64,000 nucleotides of DNA from an uncultured Kordia sp. (GTDB taxonomy: Bacteria; Bacteroidota; Bacteroidia; Flavobacteriales; Flavobacteriaceae). The first letter of the stretch is position 1. Every line of letters starts with the position of its first letter. Positions 51,104 to 61,261 of this stretch are shown piece by piece. Under the pieces are notes generated by a model. The model saw only the letters and a program-made list of their open reading frames with translations. It ran no database searches and was not told the DNA's origin. The translations under genes were made by a program, and so were the position numbers. The DNA is taken from NCBI GenBank assembly GCA_964635575.1, contig CAZWNY010000003.1:165-64164 (forward strand). Direction: 5' to 3'.

Positions 51104-52248
51104 TAATTTGCAAGTGTTTTTTTATAAAATTTGATGTTTTGTTCAACTAAGGTATCAATATCAAATCGTTTTTGGACATTTTCAAGTGCTTTTTTAGCGA
51201 TTTTTTGAGATTTCGAAGTGTTTTTTAATAAATCAATGATTGCTTCTGCAAATTTATCGTGATTTTTTGGATTTTCTAAAATTCCGTCAACATTATTTTC
51301 TATCAATTCTTTTGCCCAACCATAATTTGAATTTACAATGGGCTTTTGCATTGCCATTGCTTCAACAGTTACCATTCCGAAAGATTCTGCTAAACTTGGA
51401 AACACGCAAATATGTGCATTCTGAATGTGTTTTTGTAACTCATTATAGGATACTTTTCCTATATAATTTACGTTTTGTTTTGCTTTATCAGAAAATAAAT
51501 TTTGCATTAATTTATAAGTAGATTTTTTTTTTGTAGCAATATCATTCGCATCAGAACCGATAAGAATTAATGTTGCTTCTGGATTTTTTTCTATAACTTT
51601 ATTCATTATTGATGCTAATTCTAAAACTCCTTTTTTTCGGATTATGGTTCCGTAATATAAAATGGTATTTTTTTTGAAGTTTTCAGGGAAGTTGTTTTTG
51701 AAGTTCTGAAGATTAATTCCGTTAGTAATAACTGCTATTTTTGTAGTTAAATTAAAGATTTGTGTAGTTAAATTTTCGGAAAAATTACTCACAGCAACTA
51801 TCGCATCAGTAGTATGAATTGCTTTGTTTTCAAAATAAAAATTTTTCCTTTTTTGGGTTCTTTTTTCTAAATGACAAAAATAAGCGTCAGAACCGTGAAT
51901 ACGCATTACTATAGGAATTGAAAAACGCATAAATGCCGATATTCCTGTCCAATCTGGAACTTCCAAAAGGTCTATTTTTGTTGTTTTTATTTTTGAAGAT
52001 ATATATCTGTTTAAAAATTTTCGATATAAAAACCATCCTAAAAAAGGATATTTTTTCTGTGCTATTGCATAGATTTTAATTCCTTTAAACTCAAATTGTT
52101 TCGTTTCTTTTTGAGCATATACAAAAACAGAAACTTCCACATTATTATCTACTAAACTCAACGCCATATTATAGATGCTCGTTCCTAAACCTGCGGAATG
52201 GTTTAGGTTTTTATGAGGAAATTCTGGTGTTAAAAAGGCTATGTGCAT
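51103..52248 (-). CDS. Glycosyltransferase family 4
   Basis: 381 aa with the N-terminal HIAFLTPEFP......GLGT and the C-terminal PSLAESFGMVTVEAMAMQKPIVNSNYGWAKELIENNVDGIL. Confidence 0.85.
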   Translation of the reverse strand: MHIAFLTPEFPHKNLNHSAGLGTSIYNMALSLVDNNVEVSVFVYAQKETKQFEFKGIKIYAIAQKKYPFLGWFLYRKFLNRYISSKIKTTKIDLLEVPDWTGISAFMRFSIPIVMRIHGSDAYFCHLEKRTQKRKNFYFENKAIHTTDAIVAVSNFSENLTTQIFNLTTKIAVITNGINLQNFKNNFPENFKKNTILYYGTIIRKKGVLELASIMNKVIEKNPEATLILIGSDANDIATKKKSTYKLMQNLFSDKAKQNVNYIGKVSYNELQKHIQNAHICVFPSLAESFGMVTVEAMAMQKPIVNSNYGWAKELIENNVDGILENPKNHDKFAEAIIDLLKNTSKSQKIAKKALENVQKRFDIDTLVEQNIKFYKKTLAN

Positions 52249-53126
52249 TAGTTGGTGGTAAAATAATCGTTTATAATTTGGTTGGTAAAAAGTATTGCTC
52301 CTTTATTGTTTAAGTGTACGCAGTTTTTAAATATAGAATCGTTAGTGAATGTTGTAGAATAATCTTTGTAATTCGGAATTTTTTCTGCTAATAATTTAGT
52401 GAATGGTGATGGTTCTAATTTCGTACAAAAAGGTGCTGTAAAATAGATAACTTCTATGTTATTTTTTTTACAAAACTCATCTATTAAAGTAAATGCTTTG
52501 GGATTTTCAGATAATTTATTTGGTAATTTGTAGGTTTTCATTTTTGACGAACCGTACAATGGATAATAGTCGTTAAATACTCCATTTACTCGTTTTTCGC
52601 TAAATAAACCTGACATAATTCCTCTAAAACCAATTCGATAATCATTTACTGCATACCTGTAAAAAGGGATGTAATAATAATAGTTATAGTCTTTAAATTC
52701 TTCTTTAAAAAAATCGCGAATTATAGGTTTTCTGAAATAAGGAAGCATTTCTGTATACGATTTTTGCGATAAATTGTTTTGATTATATAGATAGTCTATT
52801 TGAATAAATAGTTTATTAAAAGTAACATTATTTTTTGTTAATATTTTTAAAAACAAATAGTTATCCTTTAATGTTATTCCTTGTATCCCTCCATTAACAA
52901 TAGTAAACCCTTTCTTCTTAAACTCAGATGTTACAATATGATTATCTACTCTTGATGAACCTAAAAAAACCGCATCAAAATGTTGGTTTTCTAAAAACAT
53001 TAGGTGTTTAACTTTATTCGATATTACTTTGTTTTCATAAATTTTTGTGTATCCAAAATCTAAAATAATTAAGACTATAATTATAAAAACAAAAATACCG
53101 ATTATATGTTTTATAAAACGCTTCAT
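52248..53126 (-). CDS. Membrane-anchored hypothetical protein, candidate DltD/AlgJ/PatB-like partner of the MBOAT acyltransferase
   Basis: 292 aa with an N-terminal TM. FLGSSRV resembles the nucleophile block of DltD/SGNH-like proteins. It shares a 1-nt overlap with the MBOAT gene. The functional call is inference from context. Confidence 0.35.
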   Translation of the reverse strand: MKRFIKHIIGIFVFIIIVLIILDFGYTKIYENKVISNKVKHLMFLENQHFDAVFLGSSRVDNHIVTSEFKKKGFTIVNGGIQGITLKDNYLFLKILTKNNVTFNKLFIQIDYLYNQNNLSQKSYTEMLPYFRKPIIRDFFKEEFKDYNYYYYIPFYRYAVNDYRIGFRGIMSGLFSEKRVNGVFNDYYPLYGSSKMKTYKLPNKLSENPKAFTLIDEFCKKNNIEVIYFTAPFCTKLEPSPFTKLLAEKIPNYKDYSTTFTNDSIFKNCVHLNNKGAILFTNQIINDYFTTN

Positions 53127-54565
53127 TAAAACTGAAAATAAATAAAATCTGAAGGGTTTGAATACACTCCAAAAACTATAATTAATAAAATCACAAGGTA
53201 CAATTTAACTTGTAAATACTTACCCATAATTGGATGTTCCTTTTCTTTAGAAAACCACTCAAATGCTACAAATAAAAACAATATAGGAAGAAGTTCTATG
53301 GCATATCTTTCTATAGGTAGGTAGTTAATGAGTTTAAAATCTTCAAAAAGCAGTATCTTTTTTAAATACTCAAAAGCATCTGTAATTGTTGGCGACCTAA
53401 AAAATATCCAACCAATAGTTGTGATTATAAATGTGATTACTATTTGTAAAAATGTTTTAAAACTTGGAAGTCTAAATTTATTTACAACAATTTCGTCTAA
53501 ATTATTTTTGGTTTTATTCAATAATAATAAAGGCATAAAATACAGTGCATTTAAGAACCCCCAAAATATAAACGTCCAATTTGCACCGTGCCAAAAACCA
53601 CTAACCATAAAAATAATTAGTACGTTTCTTACTTGTTTCCATTTACTTTCTCTTGATCCGCCTAATGGTATGTATAAATAATCTCTAAACCAAGTTGATA
53701 ATGATATGTGCCAACGTCTCCAAAATTCGGCAATATCTCTTGAAAAATATGGGTAGTTAAAATTGCGCATTAAATTAAATCCGAACAATCGAGATAAACC
53801 GATTGCAATGTCTGAATATCCAGAAAAATCACCATAAATTTGAAATCCAAAATATACGATTCCTAAAATAAGTGTTAAAGAATCTTGTGATTGATAATCA
53901 CTAAAAATAGCATTTACATATATCGCACTACTGTCTGCAATGACTATTTTTTTAAATAACCCCCAAACTATTAGTGCTATTCCGTTTTTAGCGTTTTCAT
54001 AATTAAAAACTCTTTTCTTATAAAATTGCGGCAACAAATTACTTGCTCTTTCGATTGGTCCTGCCACTAATTGAGGAAAAAATGACACAAATGATGCAAA
54101 AGCAATAAAGTTTGAAGTTGCTTTTAATTTCCCTCGATATACGTCTATGGTATAACTTAATGTTTGAAATGTATAGAATGAAATCCCTACAGGAAGTATT
54201 ATATTTAAGGTGCTTTTATGCATTGTTACTCCAAGTGAATCCCAAGCAATAATCCAATTATCTATGAAGAAATTATAGTATTTAAAAAAGGCTAATAAAC
54301 CTAAATTAAACAATAAACTTCCCCACAATAAATACTTCCTTTTGGATTGTTTTGTTATTTTCTGAAGTTGCAAACCTATTGTATAGTCAACTAATGTGCT
54401 GACTAATATAAGTGATAGAAAACGCCAATCCCACCAACCATAAAAAACATAGCTGGCAAATAATAGCAGTAAATTTTGTTTTTTAATACTTTTATTAACT
54501 ATTCCCCAATAGAAAATAAAAAATATAATTAAAAAAATTAAAAAGGTTGTTGAATTAAATAGCAT
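53126..54565 (-). CDS. MBOAT family O-acyltransferase (AlgI/DltB/PatA-like)
   Basis: 479-aa polytopic membrane protein. FWRRWHISLSTWFRDYLYIPLGGSR is the MBOAT catalytic His block. Confidence 0.9.
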   Translation of the reverse strand: MLFNSTTFLIFLIIFFIFYWGIVNKSIKKQNLLLLFASYVFYGWWDWRFLSLILVSTLVDYTIGLQLQKITKQSKRKYLLWGSLLFNLGLLAFFKYYNFFIDNWIIAWDSLGVTMHKSTLNIILPVGISFYTFQTLSYTIDVYRGKLKATSNFIAFASFVSFFPQLVAGPIERASNLLPQFYKKRVFNYENAKNGIALIVWGLFKKIVIADSSAIYVNAIFSDYQSQDSLTLILGIVYFGFQIYGDFSGYSDIAIGLSRLFGFNLMRNFNYPYFSRDIAEFWRRWHISLSTWFRDYLYIPLGGSRESKWKQVRNVLIIFMVSGFWHGANWTFIFWGFLNALYFMPLLLLNKTKNNLDEIVVNKFRLPSFKTFLQIVITFIITTIGWIFFRSPTITDAFEYLKKILLFEDFKLINYLPIERYAIELLPILFLFVAFEWFSKEKEHPIMGKYLQVKLYLVILLIIVFGVYSNPSDFIYFQF

Positions 54566-54568
54566 CTA

Positions 54569-55960
54569 TTAAATTTGTTCTTGTATGGATTTCCAACTAT
54601 TTTCTGAAGCGATTGTTGGCTCTTTTATATTAATTACTTCAAACCATTTTTTTGCATTTTCTATGGTTTCTGTTGGATTATTTAATGCTTTTTCTATTAC
54701 TTTTTGAATTTCTTCTTTACTATTAAACCATAAAACTGCTTTTTTTGACGGCATAGATTTAAAATGTATGTATTTGTATATTTTGTGTATATCGCGTTTT
54801 TTTAAATTTGCTTTTTCGTGGTTATAATTAATATAAATACACGGTTTATTATGGCAAACGGCGTCAAAAACCATTGACGAACCTACATTTATAACTAATT
54901 CTGTATGTTTAATTGTGTTTGCTAATAACTGAAAATCTGCTGGTGTTGGCATCACTTTATTCCATTGGTTTCCGTAACTTTTCCAATCAGGATTTATAGG
55001 TATTATCAGGTTTTTATAGGTTTCTAAAACAGCGTCAAATCTATCTGAAAAATCTACAGGACATCTTCTAAAAACGATTCCTAAATTGGCTCCATTTTCG
55101 TTCATTTTTTTTATCCGAATTGCCACATCTTCCAAATAATAAGCATCGTAAGGCGATGTTGTAATGTCGTCTCCTGAAAAGCAAATATATTTTTTAGTAC
55201 TATCTAATTTATGTGTTTTAAAAAATTGCTCTTTGGTTTCTAATAATTCGGTGTTAAAATGCGGTTCAAATTGTGGCGTTCCAACAATTTTTAGTTGCTT
55301 TTTATTAATATGCGGATAATAATTTAGCATTTCAGTCTTCATATGTTCACTCCAAACATAGTAATAATCGGACTGTACAACCAATGTTGCTTTTGGTAAA
55401 TTATCCCACGAAAAAATAAATGTTGCCGTAGGAATACCTAAATCTTGTGCTGCCAATAATGGTGCAATTGCTAATAACGGACGTTGATTGGTGCAAAAAA
55501 CTAGTGCAGGTTTTTCTGCTATTAATTGGGCTTTTGCTTTTTGGTAATAGGTTGTTTTTCGTTCTAATTGAAAAATTTTATTTCGTATTTTCTCCAATCC
55601 TTTTTCAGAATTATATAACATACTCAAACCTGTAACGGCAATGCTTTTGATTGCTTTTTTTATGCTCGAATACGATTGTGGAAATTGATAACTAAAATAG
55701 GTGGTGTCATTAAAATTCTTGACATTTTGCTTTAGTTCAATCTCTTTTCTTGCTCGTTTATAGATTTCCGATACTATATGCGATTTTGCGTAGTCAATTT
55801 TAATTTCTTCGTATCCAAATTCCTTTTTTAAAGGGAAAATAGTATTGTTCCAATAAGTAATTGCGTAGCCTTTTTCTTTTCCTAATTTATGAAAATTGGT
55901 AAATGCAAAATTTCTTAATCCTACTCCATCTGGTAAAAAAATAATTATTTTTTTATTCAT
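54569..55960 (-). CDS. Uncharacterised GT-B-like protein (TagF/MGDG-synthase-like G-x-P-x-F block); candidate glycosyl/nonulosonate transferase
   Basis: 463 aa with no signal peptide or TM. It has a Rossmann-like N-terminus (KIIIFLPDGVGLRNF) and central LKIVGTPQFEPHF. It lies between neuC and the MBOAT gene, with a 4-nt overlap with neuC. The family was not identified by eye. Confidence 0.35.
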   Translation of the reverse strand: MNKKIIIFLPDGVGLRNFAFTNFHKLGKEKGYAITYWNNTIFPLKKEFGYEEIKIDYAKSHIVSEIYKRARKEIELKQNVKNFNDTTYFSYQFPQSYSSIKKAIKSIAVTGLSMLYNSEKGLEKIRNKIFQLERKTTYYQKAKAQLIAEKPALVFCTNQRPLLAIAPLLAAQDLGIPTATFIFSWDNLPKATLVVQSDYYYVWSEHMKTEMLNYYPHINKKQLKIVGTPQFEPHFNTELLETKEQFFKTHKLDSTKKYICFSGDDITTSPYDAYYLEDVAIRIKKMNENGANLGIVFRRCPVDFSDRFDAVLETYKNLIIPINPDWKSYGNQWNKVMPTPADFQLLANTIKHTELVINVGSSMVFDAVCHNKPCIYINYNHEKANLKKRDIHKIYKYIHFKSMPSKKAVLWFNSKEEIQKVIEKALNNPTETIENAKKWFEVINIKEPTIASENSWKSIQEQI

Positions 55961-57093
55961 CGTTCAACATCTCTAAATTGTTTTTGTTTCGCTAATTTCC
56001 AAATGTTTGGATTTTGTAGTGTTGTTAAAAATAACTGCGCACTATTTCCTGAGCCAAAATCAATTATTTCATTTTCTGAAATTTTCTTTTTTGATACTTC
56101 TATCGTTTTTAAAATGGCTATTGTCGTATAATCGCAATTAAAAATAGTTGCATAGGTCGCTCTATTTTGTTGACGTGTGCCAATGTTAATTGTTGGTATG
56201 TTGTAATATGGCGCTTCACGTATTCCTGCACTTGAATTCCCTATAATGCGTGTTGCATTTTTTAAGAGTACTAAAAAATACTCGAAACGCAACGATGGTA
56301 ATATTCTAAATTTCGGATTGTTTTCTAATTTTTGATATGCTTTTAAAATAATTTCTGAACCTAAATCGTTATTAGGAAATACTACTAAATAATTTTCATT
56401 ACTTTGTAATAATGCTTCTACAAACTGGTTTGTATAGTCTTTCATTTGCTCAACTTCTGTAGTAACAGGATGAAACATTGCAATATTGTAGTTTTTAAAC
56501 GATAAATTATAGTGTTTTTTTGCAATTTTTAAACTTGGTAAATCGTTAGAAAACATAATATCAACATCTGGCGACCCTATTACTTGTATGCTTTTTGGCA
56601 TTTCGCCCATTTGCAATAGACGTTTTTGTGCTTCTGTGTTTGATACAAAGTGTAAATGACTCATTTTACTTACCGAATGTCGGATTAACTCATCAATAGT
56701 TCCTGAAATTTCTCCACCTTCAATATGTGCTACTAAAGTGTTATTTAAACTTCCTACTATTGCTCCTGCAAGTGCTTCTACTCTATCGCCGTGAACAATT
56801 ATTAAACTGGGTTTTAACTGATTTACATACGCCGAAAAACCTTCAATAGTTTTGGCTAAGGTTAAATCCATCGTGTTTTCGCTGGTTGAATTTTCAAACT
56901 TGTGGATGTTTTTAAATCCTGATTTTTCAATTTCTAAAACCGTATAACCGTACTTTTTATCTAAATGCATTCCTGTTGCAAAAATATGTGCTTCAAAACT
57001 TTTATTTTTTTGAAGTATTTGCAATAATGATTTTATTTTACCAAAATCGGCTCTTGTACCTGTTAAGAATGCTATTTTTTTTATATTACTCAA
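55957..57093 (-). CDS. neuC: UDP-N-acetylglucosamine 2-epimerase (hydrolysing), NeuC-type
   Basis: 378 aa. [23 protein letters not shown] and AHIEGGE.SGTIDE..RH are typical of NeuC/LegG-type hydrolysing epimerases. Confidence 0.85.
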   Translation of the reverse strand: MSNIKKIAFLTGTRADFGKIKSLLQILQKNKSFEAHIFATGMHLDKKYGYTVLEIEKSGFKNIHKFENSTSENTMDLTLAKTIEGFSAYVNQLKPSLIIVHGDRVEALAGAIVGSLNNTLVAHIEGGEISGTIDELIRHSVSKMSHLHFVSNTEAQKRLLQMGEMPKSIQVIGSPDVDIMFSNDLPSLKIAKKHYNLSFKNYNIAMFHPVTTEVEQMKDYTNQFVEALLQSNENYLVVFPNNDLGSEIILKAYQKLENNPKFRILPSLRFEYFLVLLKNATRIIGNSSAGIREAPYYNIPTINIGTRQQNRATYATIFNCDYTTIAILKTIEVSKKKISENEIIDFGSGNSAQLFLTTLQNPNIWKLAKQKQFRDVER

Positions 57094-58129
57094 TGTCTTT
57101 CCAAGTTAATTGTTCATCATTATTAATAGTTTTTGTTGCTTTTTTTCCAAGAATATCATTGTATTTTTCGGCTAAAATTTCGCCTGTTCCTGGGCGTTTT
57201 ACCCAAATATTTTCTTTAGTGAACGTTTCTCCTTTTTTAATTTCTGAAATTGCACAAACCGTTGCAAAGGCAAAATCTATGGTTACTTGCTCTTCTTTTG
57301 CAGGTTCTTTTGTTCCTCCTCGCATTTGCCATATTAATTTTGAACCTGCTATTAATTCTTTGGTTTGTTTTTCGTCCATAGAGCAAACAATATCTGGTCC
57401 TTTGCGTTGCAAATGATCTGTAAAATGACGTTCTAAAATACTTGCTCCTAAAGCAACTGCTCCAAAACAGGCGTGATTTGAAGTTGTATGATCCGACAAG
57501 CCAAAAACTTTATTTGAAAAACTTTCGTGCATTTGAGTCATTGCTCCAAAACGCACTAAATTTGCTGGTGTTGGATATAAATTGGTGGTGTGCAAAATGG
57601 CGACAGTAACCTTGTGTTTTTTAAAAATTTCCAATGCTTTTGAAATGCTTTTAATGGTGTTCATTCCTGTGCTTAAAATTACTGGTTTCCCGAATTGTGC
57701 AATGTGTTCTAATAACGGATAGTTATTGCATTCGCCCGAGCCAATTTTATAAGCAACTACATTCATGCGTTCTAAGCGCTCTGCTGCTGCTCTTGAAAAT
57801 GGTGTAGAAATAAAAATCATTCCTTTACTTTCTACGTATTTTTTTAATTTTATTTCGTCTGCTTCATTTAGAGAACATCTGTCCATAATTTCATAAATAG
57901 AAATGTTTGCATTTCCTGGAATTACTTTTTTTGCAGCTGCACTCATTTCATCGGCTACAATATGGGTTTGATGTTTTACAACCTCAACGCCTGCTCTTGC
58001 GGCAGCATCAACCATTTCAAAAGCTGTTTTAAGCGAACCTTCGTGGTTTATTCCTAATTCGGCAATGACTAATGGCGGATAATCTTGTCCTATTTTTCGT
58101 CCTGCTATTTCTATGTATGGATTATTCAT
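57086..58129 (-). CDS. neuB: N-acetylneuraminate (nonulosonate) synthase, NeuB-type
   Basis: 347 aa with [12 protein letters not shown] and [13 protein letters not shown], plus a C-terminal SAF/antifreeze-like domain (..KRPGTG). Confidence 0.9.
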   Translation of the reverse strand: MNNPYIEIAGRKIGQDYPPLVIAELGINHEGSLKTAFEMVDAAARAGVEVVKHQTHIVADEMSAAAKKVIPGNANISIYEIMDRCSLNEADEIKLKKYVESKGMIFISTPFSRAAAERLERMNVVAYKIGSGECNNYPLLEHIAQFGKPVILSTGMNTIKSISKALEIFKKHKVTVAILHTTNLYPTPANLVRFGAMTQMHESFSNKVFGLSDHTTSNHACFGAVALGASILERHFTDHLQRKGPDIVCSMDEKQTKELIAGSKLIWQMRGGTKEPAKEEQVTIDFAFATVCAISEIKKGETFTKENIWVKRPGTGEILAEKYNDILGKKATKTINNDEQLTWKDIE

Positions 58130-58793
58130 TAAGATAATTTTTTAAAAGGTAATTTGCATAATCAAAATCTTCTTGCGTATCTATATCAACATTTGCAAAA
58201 GGATGATTTACAAGCATTGGATAATTATTTTCTCCTAAAACTTTTCCTTGCTTTATTAAATTTACCTTTGTGATGTAAAGCAATCCGTTTTCAAAATATA
58301 AAGGTTCTAAATCTTGACTTCTTTGTCCGATTTTATAATTAAACGGACTGAATTTATTGTTGTTTATTTTCCCGAATTTTTGATGATTTCTGGTTACCGT
58401 CATTAGACTATCAAAATTGGAATCTGTAACTAATTTTAATGCCTCAGTAAGTAAATTTTTAGGTCTTAATGGGTTTGTTGGTTGCAACAAAATCACATTT
58501 TCATAATTTTCTTCAAGGTTTTCGATTACGTATTTTAATGTATCTATGGTTGGCGAAGTATCGGTTGTCAAGTGTTTTGGTCTGTTTTGAATGGTTACTC
58601 CGTATTTTTGGGCAATTGTTTTTATGCGTTCATCATCGGTAGAAACTACAATGTCGGAAATTCCGTTATTTTGAGCATATTCAATGCTATGTGCAATCAA
58701 GGGTTTATTGCCTAATAATTTTAGGTTTTTATTGGGCAAACGTTTTGAGTTTGCTCTTGCCGGAATTATTACTATGTTTTTTTTTGTTTTCAA
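58122..58793 (-). CDS. neuA: Acylneuraminate cytidylyltransferase (CMP-nonulosonate synthetase), NeuA-type
   Basis: 223 aa. [15 protein letters not shown] and LLQPTNPLR are motifs of the CTP_transf_3 family. The start appears to be TTG. Confidence 0.85.
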   Translation of the reverse strand: MKTKKNIVIIPARANSKRLPNKNLKLLGNKPLIAHSIEYAQNNGISDIVVSTDDERIKTIAQKYGVTIQNRPKHLTTDTSPTIDTLKYVIENLEENYENVILLQPTNPLRPKNLLTEALKLVTDSNFDSLMTVTRNHQKFGKINNNKFSPFNYKIGQRSQDLEPLYFENGLLYITKVNLIKQGKVLGENNYPMLVNHPFANVDIDTQEDFDYANYLLKNYLNE

Positions 58794-58938
58794 ATGGATG
58801 TAAATTACAGTAAAATCTCGTGGAAGATACCATTATTCGGTAATTATTTCGATACTTTTACTGATGTTTTTATCGCTGAAGTTTATTTTAAAAAAACGTT
58901 TTGAAATTTTTATTAAAAAATTCTGCTTCATAAAAAAT

Positions 58939-59664
58939 TTAAACGTACATTTTATTTGCTTTTTCTAAATCTTCTGGGGTATCAATACCTATAGAAACAT
59001 GCTTAGTTACCACCATTTTTATGGTTTTATTGTATTCTAAATAGCGTAAACATTCAATTTTTTCGGTATCTTCCAAATATTGCATTTGTAGTTTTGTAAA
59101 TTCTAAAATAGCTTGTCTTCTAAAGGCATAAATTCCTTGGTGTTTGTAATACTTTGCTGTACTTTTTTTTCTAGCAAATGGTATTGGTGAACGAGAAAAA
59201 TACAATGCAAAATTATTAGTATCTACAATTACTTTTACATTATTTGGATTATTTATTTCCTCTAAATCAGTAATATGATGCATTATAGAAGCTAAATCTA
59301 TTTCTTTTTTCGGATCATTTTTAAAAACTGCTAACAAGTTACTTAATGCTTCTGGGTTTACATTTGGCTCATCTCCTTGTACGTTTACAACAATATCACA
59401 AGCTATATTTTGTATTGCTTCTGCTATCCGATCGCTCCCACATTCGTGCTTTGCAATACTCATTATAACGTTACCACCATTACTAACAACCTCGTTATAA
59501 ATAATATCGGAATCGGTTACTACATATACATCATCAAATAAATTTGTGGCTACTGCATTTTCATATGTGCGTATAATTACTGTTTTTCCTCCAAGGTTTT
59601 TCATTAGTTTTCCGGGGAAACGGGAGGCTTCATAACGAGCAGGAATCATTGCTATTGTTTTCAT
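58939..59664 (-). CDS. kdsB: 3-deoxy-manno-octulosonate cytidylyltransferase (CMP-Kdo synthetase)
   Basis: 241 aa with the [22 protein letters not shown] and GIDTPEDL motifs. Confidence 0.9.
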   Translation of the reverse strand: MKTIAMIPARYEASRFPGKLMKNLGGKTVIIRTYENAVATNLFDDVYVVTDSDIIYNEVVSNGGNVIMSIAKHECGSDRIAEAIQNIACDIVVNVQGDEPNVNPEALSNLLAVFKNDPKKEIDLASIMHHITDLEEINNPNNVKVIVDTNNFALYFSRSPIPFARKKSTAKYYKHQGIYAFRRQAILEFTKLQMQYLEDTEKIECLRYLEYNKTIKMVVTKHVSIGIDTPEDLEKANKMYV

Positions 59665-59717
59665 ACTTATATATGTTTTTTTTTGGAAATATTCACTTAT
59701 ATTAATCGTAAATTAAA

Positions 59718-61142
59718 TCAGTCTTCTTTAAAAAAATCGTTTTCAAAACCAATTAAATATAATTTTTTTTCTGCTCTTGTTATAGCGGTATATAACCACC
59801 TTAAATAGTCTTTATTTATTCCGTTTGGCAAATATGGTTGTTCTACAAACACCGTTTTCCATTGTCCTCCTTGTGATTTATGACAGGTTATTGCATATGA
59901 AAATTTGACTTGCAAGGCGTTAAAGTATTTATTGTTTTTTGTACTTATAAACATCTTATATTTACTTTGCCCTGCATAATCTTTTTGCACTTCTTGATAC
60001 AATCTATTACTATCTTCATAAGGTAATGCTGGTGTTTCGGATTTTATGGTATCTAATAATAAAACGGTTTCAAAGGGTTTCATATTAGGGTAGTCTACCA
60101 TACGTACTTTTACTTCTGCAAATTTAAAGCTGTATAAATCTTTAAAACTAAATATCTCTAATATTTCTATAATATCTCCATTTGCTATAAAACCTGCTTC
60201 GCTACTTTCTTTTAACCAAAAATAGTTGTTTTTAACTACCATTAAATAATCTCCTGCGTTTAATGAGTTTTCTTGAAATAAAATACGAGAACGTATTTGC
60301 TCATTATATACATTTGCTCGTTTATTAGAACGTACAATTATCGCTGTATCTTCTTTTCCATCTGAAGAGTATGCTTCATCTATTGCTTCTTGAATTTCAT
60401 AACCATCTATTAAACGTACAATGTCTTTAAAATTACTTAAATTAAATTTAAAATCGGTATGTTGATTATCGGTTAACTGCTCTCTTAATAGCGTTGCATT
60501 GGTTAAAATACCAGAACCTTCTGTTTGACGCACAACTTCATCCAACTCAACTGTGTCTACTTCTTTATTATAATGTAATGCTAATTTGTTTTCGTCTAAA
60601 GCAGGACTTACATCTAATTTTACAGGTGGTAATTGAGCTGTATCTCCAATAAAAATTAATTTACATTGATAACCTGAGTAAACATATTGCATTAAATCGT
60701 CTAACAATGATCCGTTTTCAAATAACTTTGATTCGCTATTAACATCTGATATCATTGATGCTTCATCAACAATAAAAATAGTATTTTTATGTTTATTAGG
60801 CTGTAAAACAAAACTCACTCCGCCTCCACTTTCTTTTTTCGGAAAGTATATTTTTTTATGTATTGTTAACGCTTCCCGTTTAGCATATTTTGCAATTACT
60901 TTTGCGGCTCTACCTGTTGGGGCTAATAATACTGAACTTTTTTTAGCATGCCCTAAATTATTTACCAACGTGCTTATTAAAGTGGTTTTACCCGTACCTG
61001 CATATCCTTTTAAAACAAACATACTGTTTTTAACATCGTTTAAAACAAATTTCGACAATTTTTGCAACACCACATCTTGCTTTAAGGTTAATGTAAATGG
61101 GAACTTATCTTTAAATAAGGTATGGAGTTTTGTGGCGTTCAT
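59718..61142 (-). CDS. RecD/Pif1-like SF1 ATP-dependent DNA helicase (AAA_30 + UvrD_C_2)
   Basis: 474 aa with Walker A GYAGTGKTT, Walker B IFIVDEASMI, FIGDTAQLPPV and the C-terminal AITCHKSQGGQW. Confidence 0.85.
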   Translation of the reverse strand: MNATKLHTLFKDKFPFTLTLKQDVVLQKLSKFVLNDVKNSMFVLKGYAGTGKTTLISTLVNNLGHAKKSSVLLAPTGRAAKVIAKYAKREALTIHKKIYFPKKESGGGVSFVLQPNKHKNTIFIVDEASMISDVNSESKLFENGSLLDDLMQYVYSGYQCKLIFIGDTAQLPPVKLDVSPALDENKLALHYNKEVDTVELDEVVRQTEGSGILTNATLLREQLTDNQHTDFKFNLSNFKDIVRLIDGYEIQEAIDEAYSSDGKEDTAIIVRSNKRANVYNEQIRSRILFQENSLNAGDYLMVVKNNYFWLKESSEAGFIANGDIIEILEIFSFKDLYSFKFAEVKVRMVDYPNMKPFETVLLLDTIKSETPALPYEDSNRLYQEVQKDYAGQSKYKMFISTKNNKYFNALQVKFSYAITCHKSQGGQWKTVFVEQPYLPNGINKDYLRWLYTAITRAEKKLYLIGFENDFFKED

Positions 61143-61165
61143 TTAAATAATTTAAGTTTGAATTT

Positions 61166-61173
61166 CAAAGATA
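61166..61173 (-). promoter_or_regulatory. Bacteroidota-type -7 box upstream of the helicase gene
   Basis: The minus strand reads TATCTTTG (TAnnTTTG) 24 nt upstream of the ATG at 61142. No clear -33 was found. Confidence 0.3.
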
Positions 61174-61192
61174 GTTCGAATTTTTTCTTTTA

Positions 61193-61226
61193 TTGCTTTA
61201 CTGAACGAAAAAAAATTGTAGATTTG
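61193..61226 (+). promoter_or_regulatory. Candidate Bacteroidota promoter of the 61262 gene
   Basis: TTG at 61193-61195 and TAGATTTG at 61219-61226, with a 23-nt spacer. It lies 36 nt upstream of the ATG. Confidence 0.35.
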
Positions 61227-61261
61227 CGTAAATACGTTAAATTAAAAATATTTTTTAAATT

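Noticed and set aside
56976-57416. 146-aa plus-strand ORF spanning the neuC/neuB junction
   Set aside because: It is antisense to two strongly supported genes and has shadow-ORF composition.
45176-58793. The glycan locus as a horizontally acquired genomic island
   Set aside because: No flanking tRNA, integrase, transposase or direct repeats are visible. I cannot compute compositional deviation reliably by eye, and both flanks (bio operon, kdsB) are core genes. There is no positive evidence for mobility.
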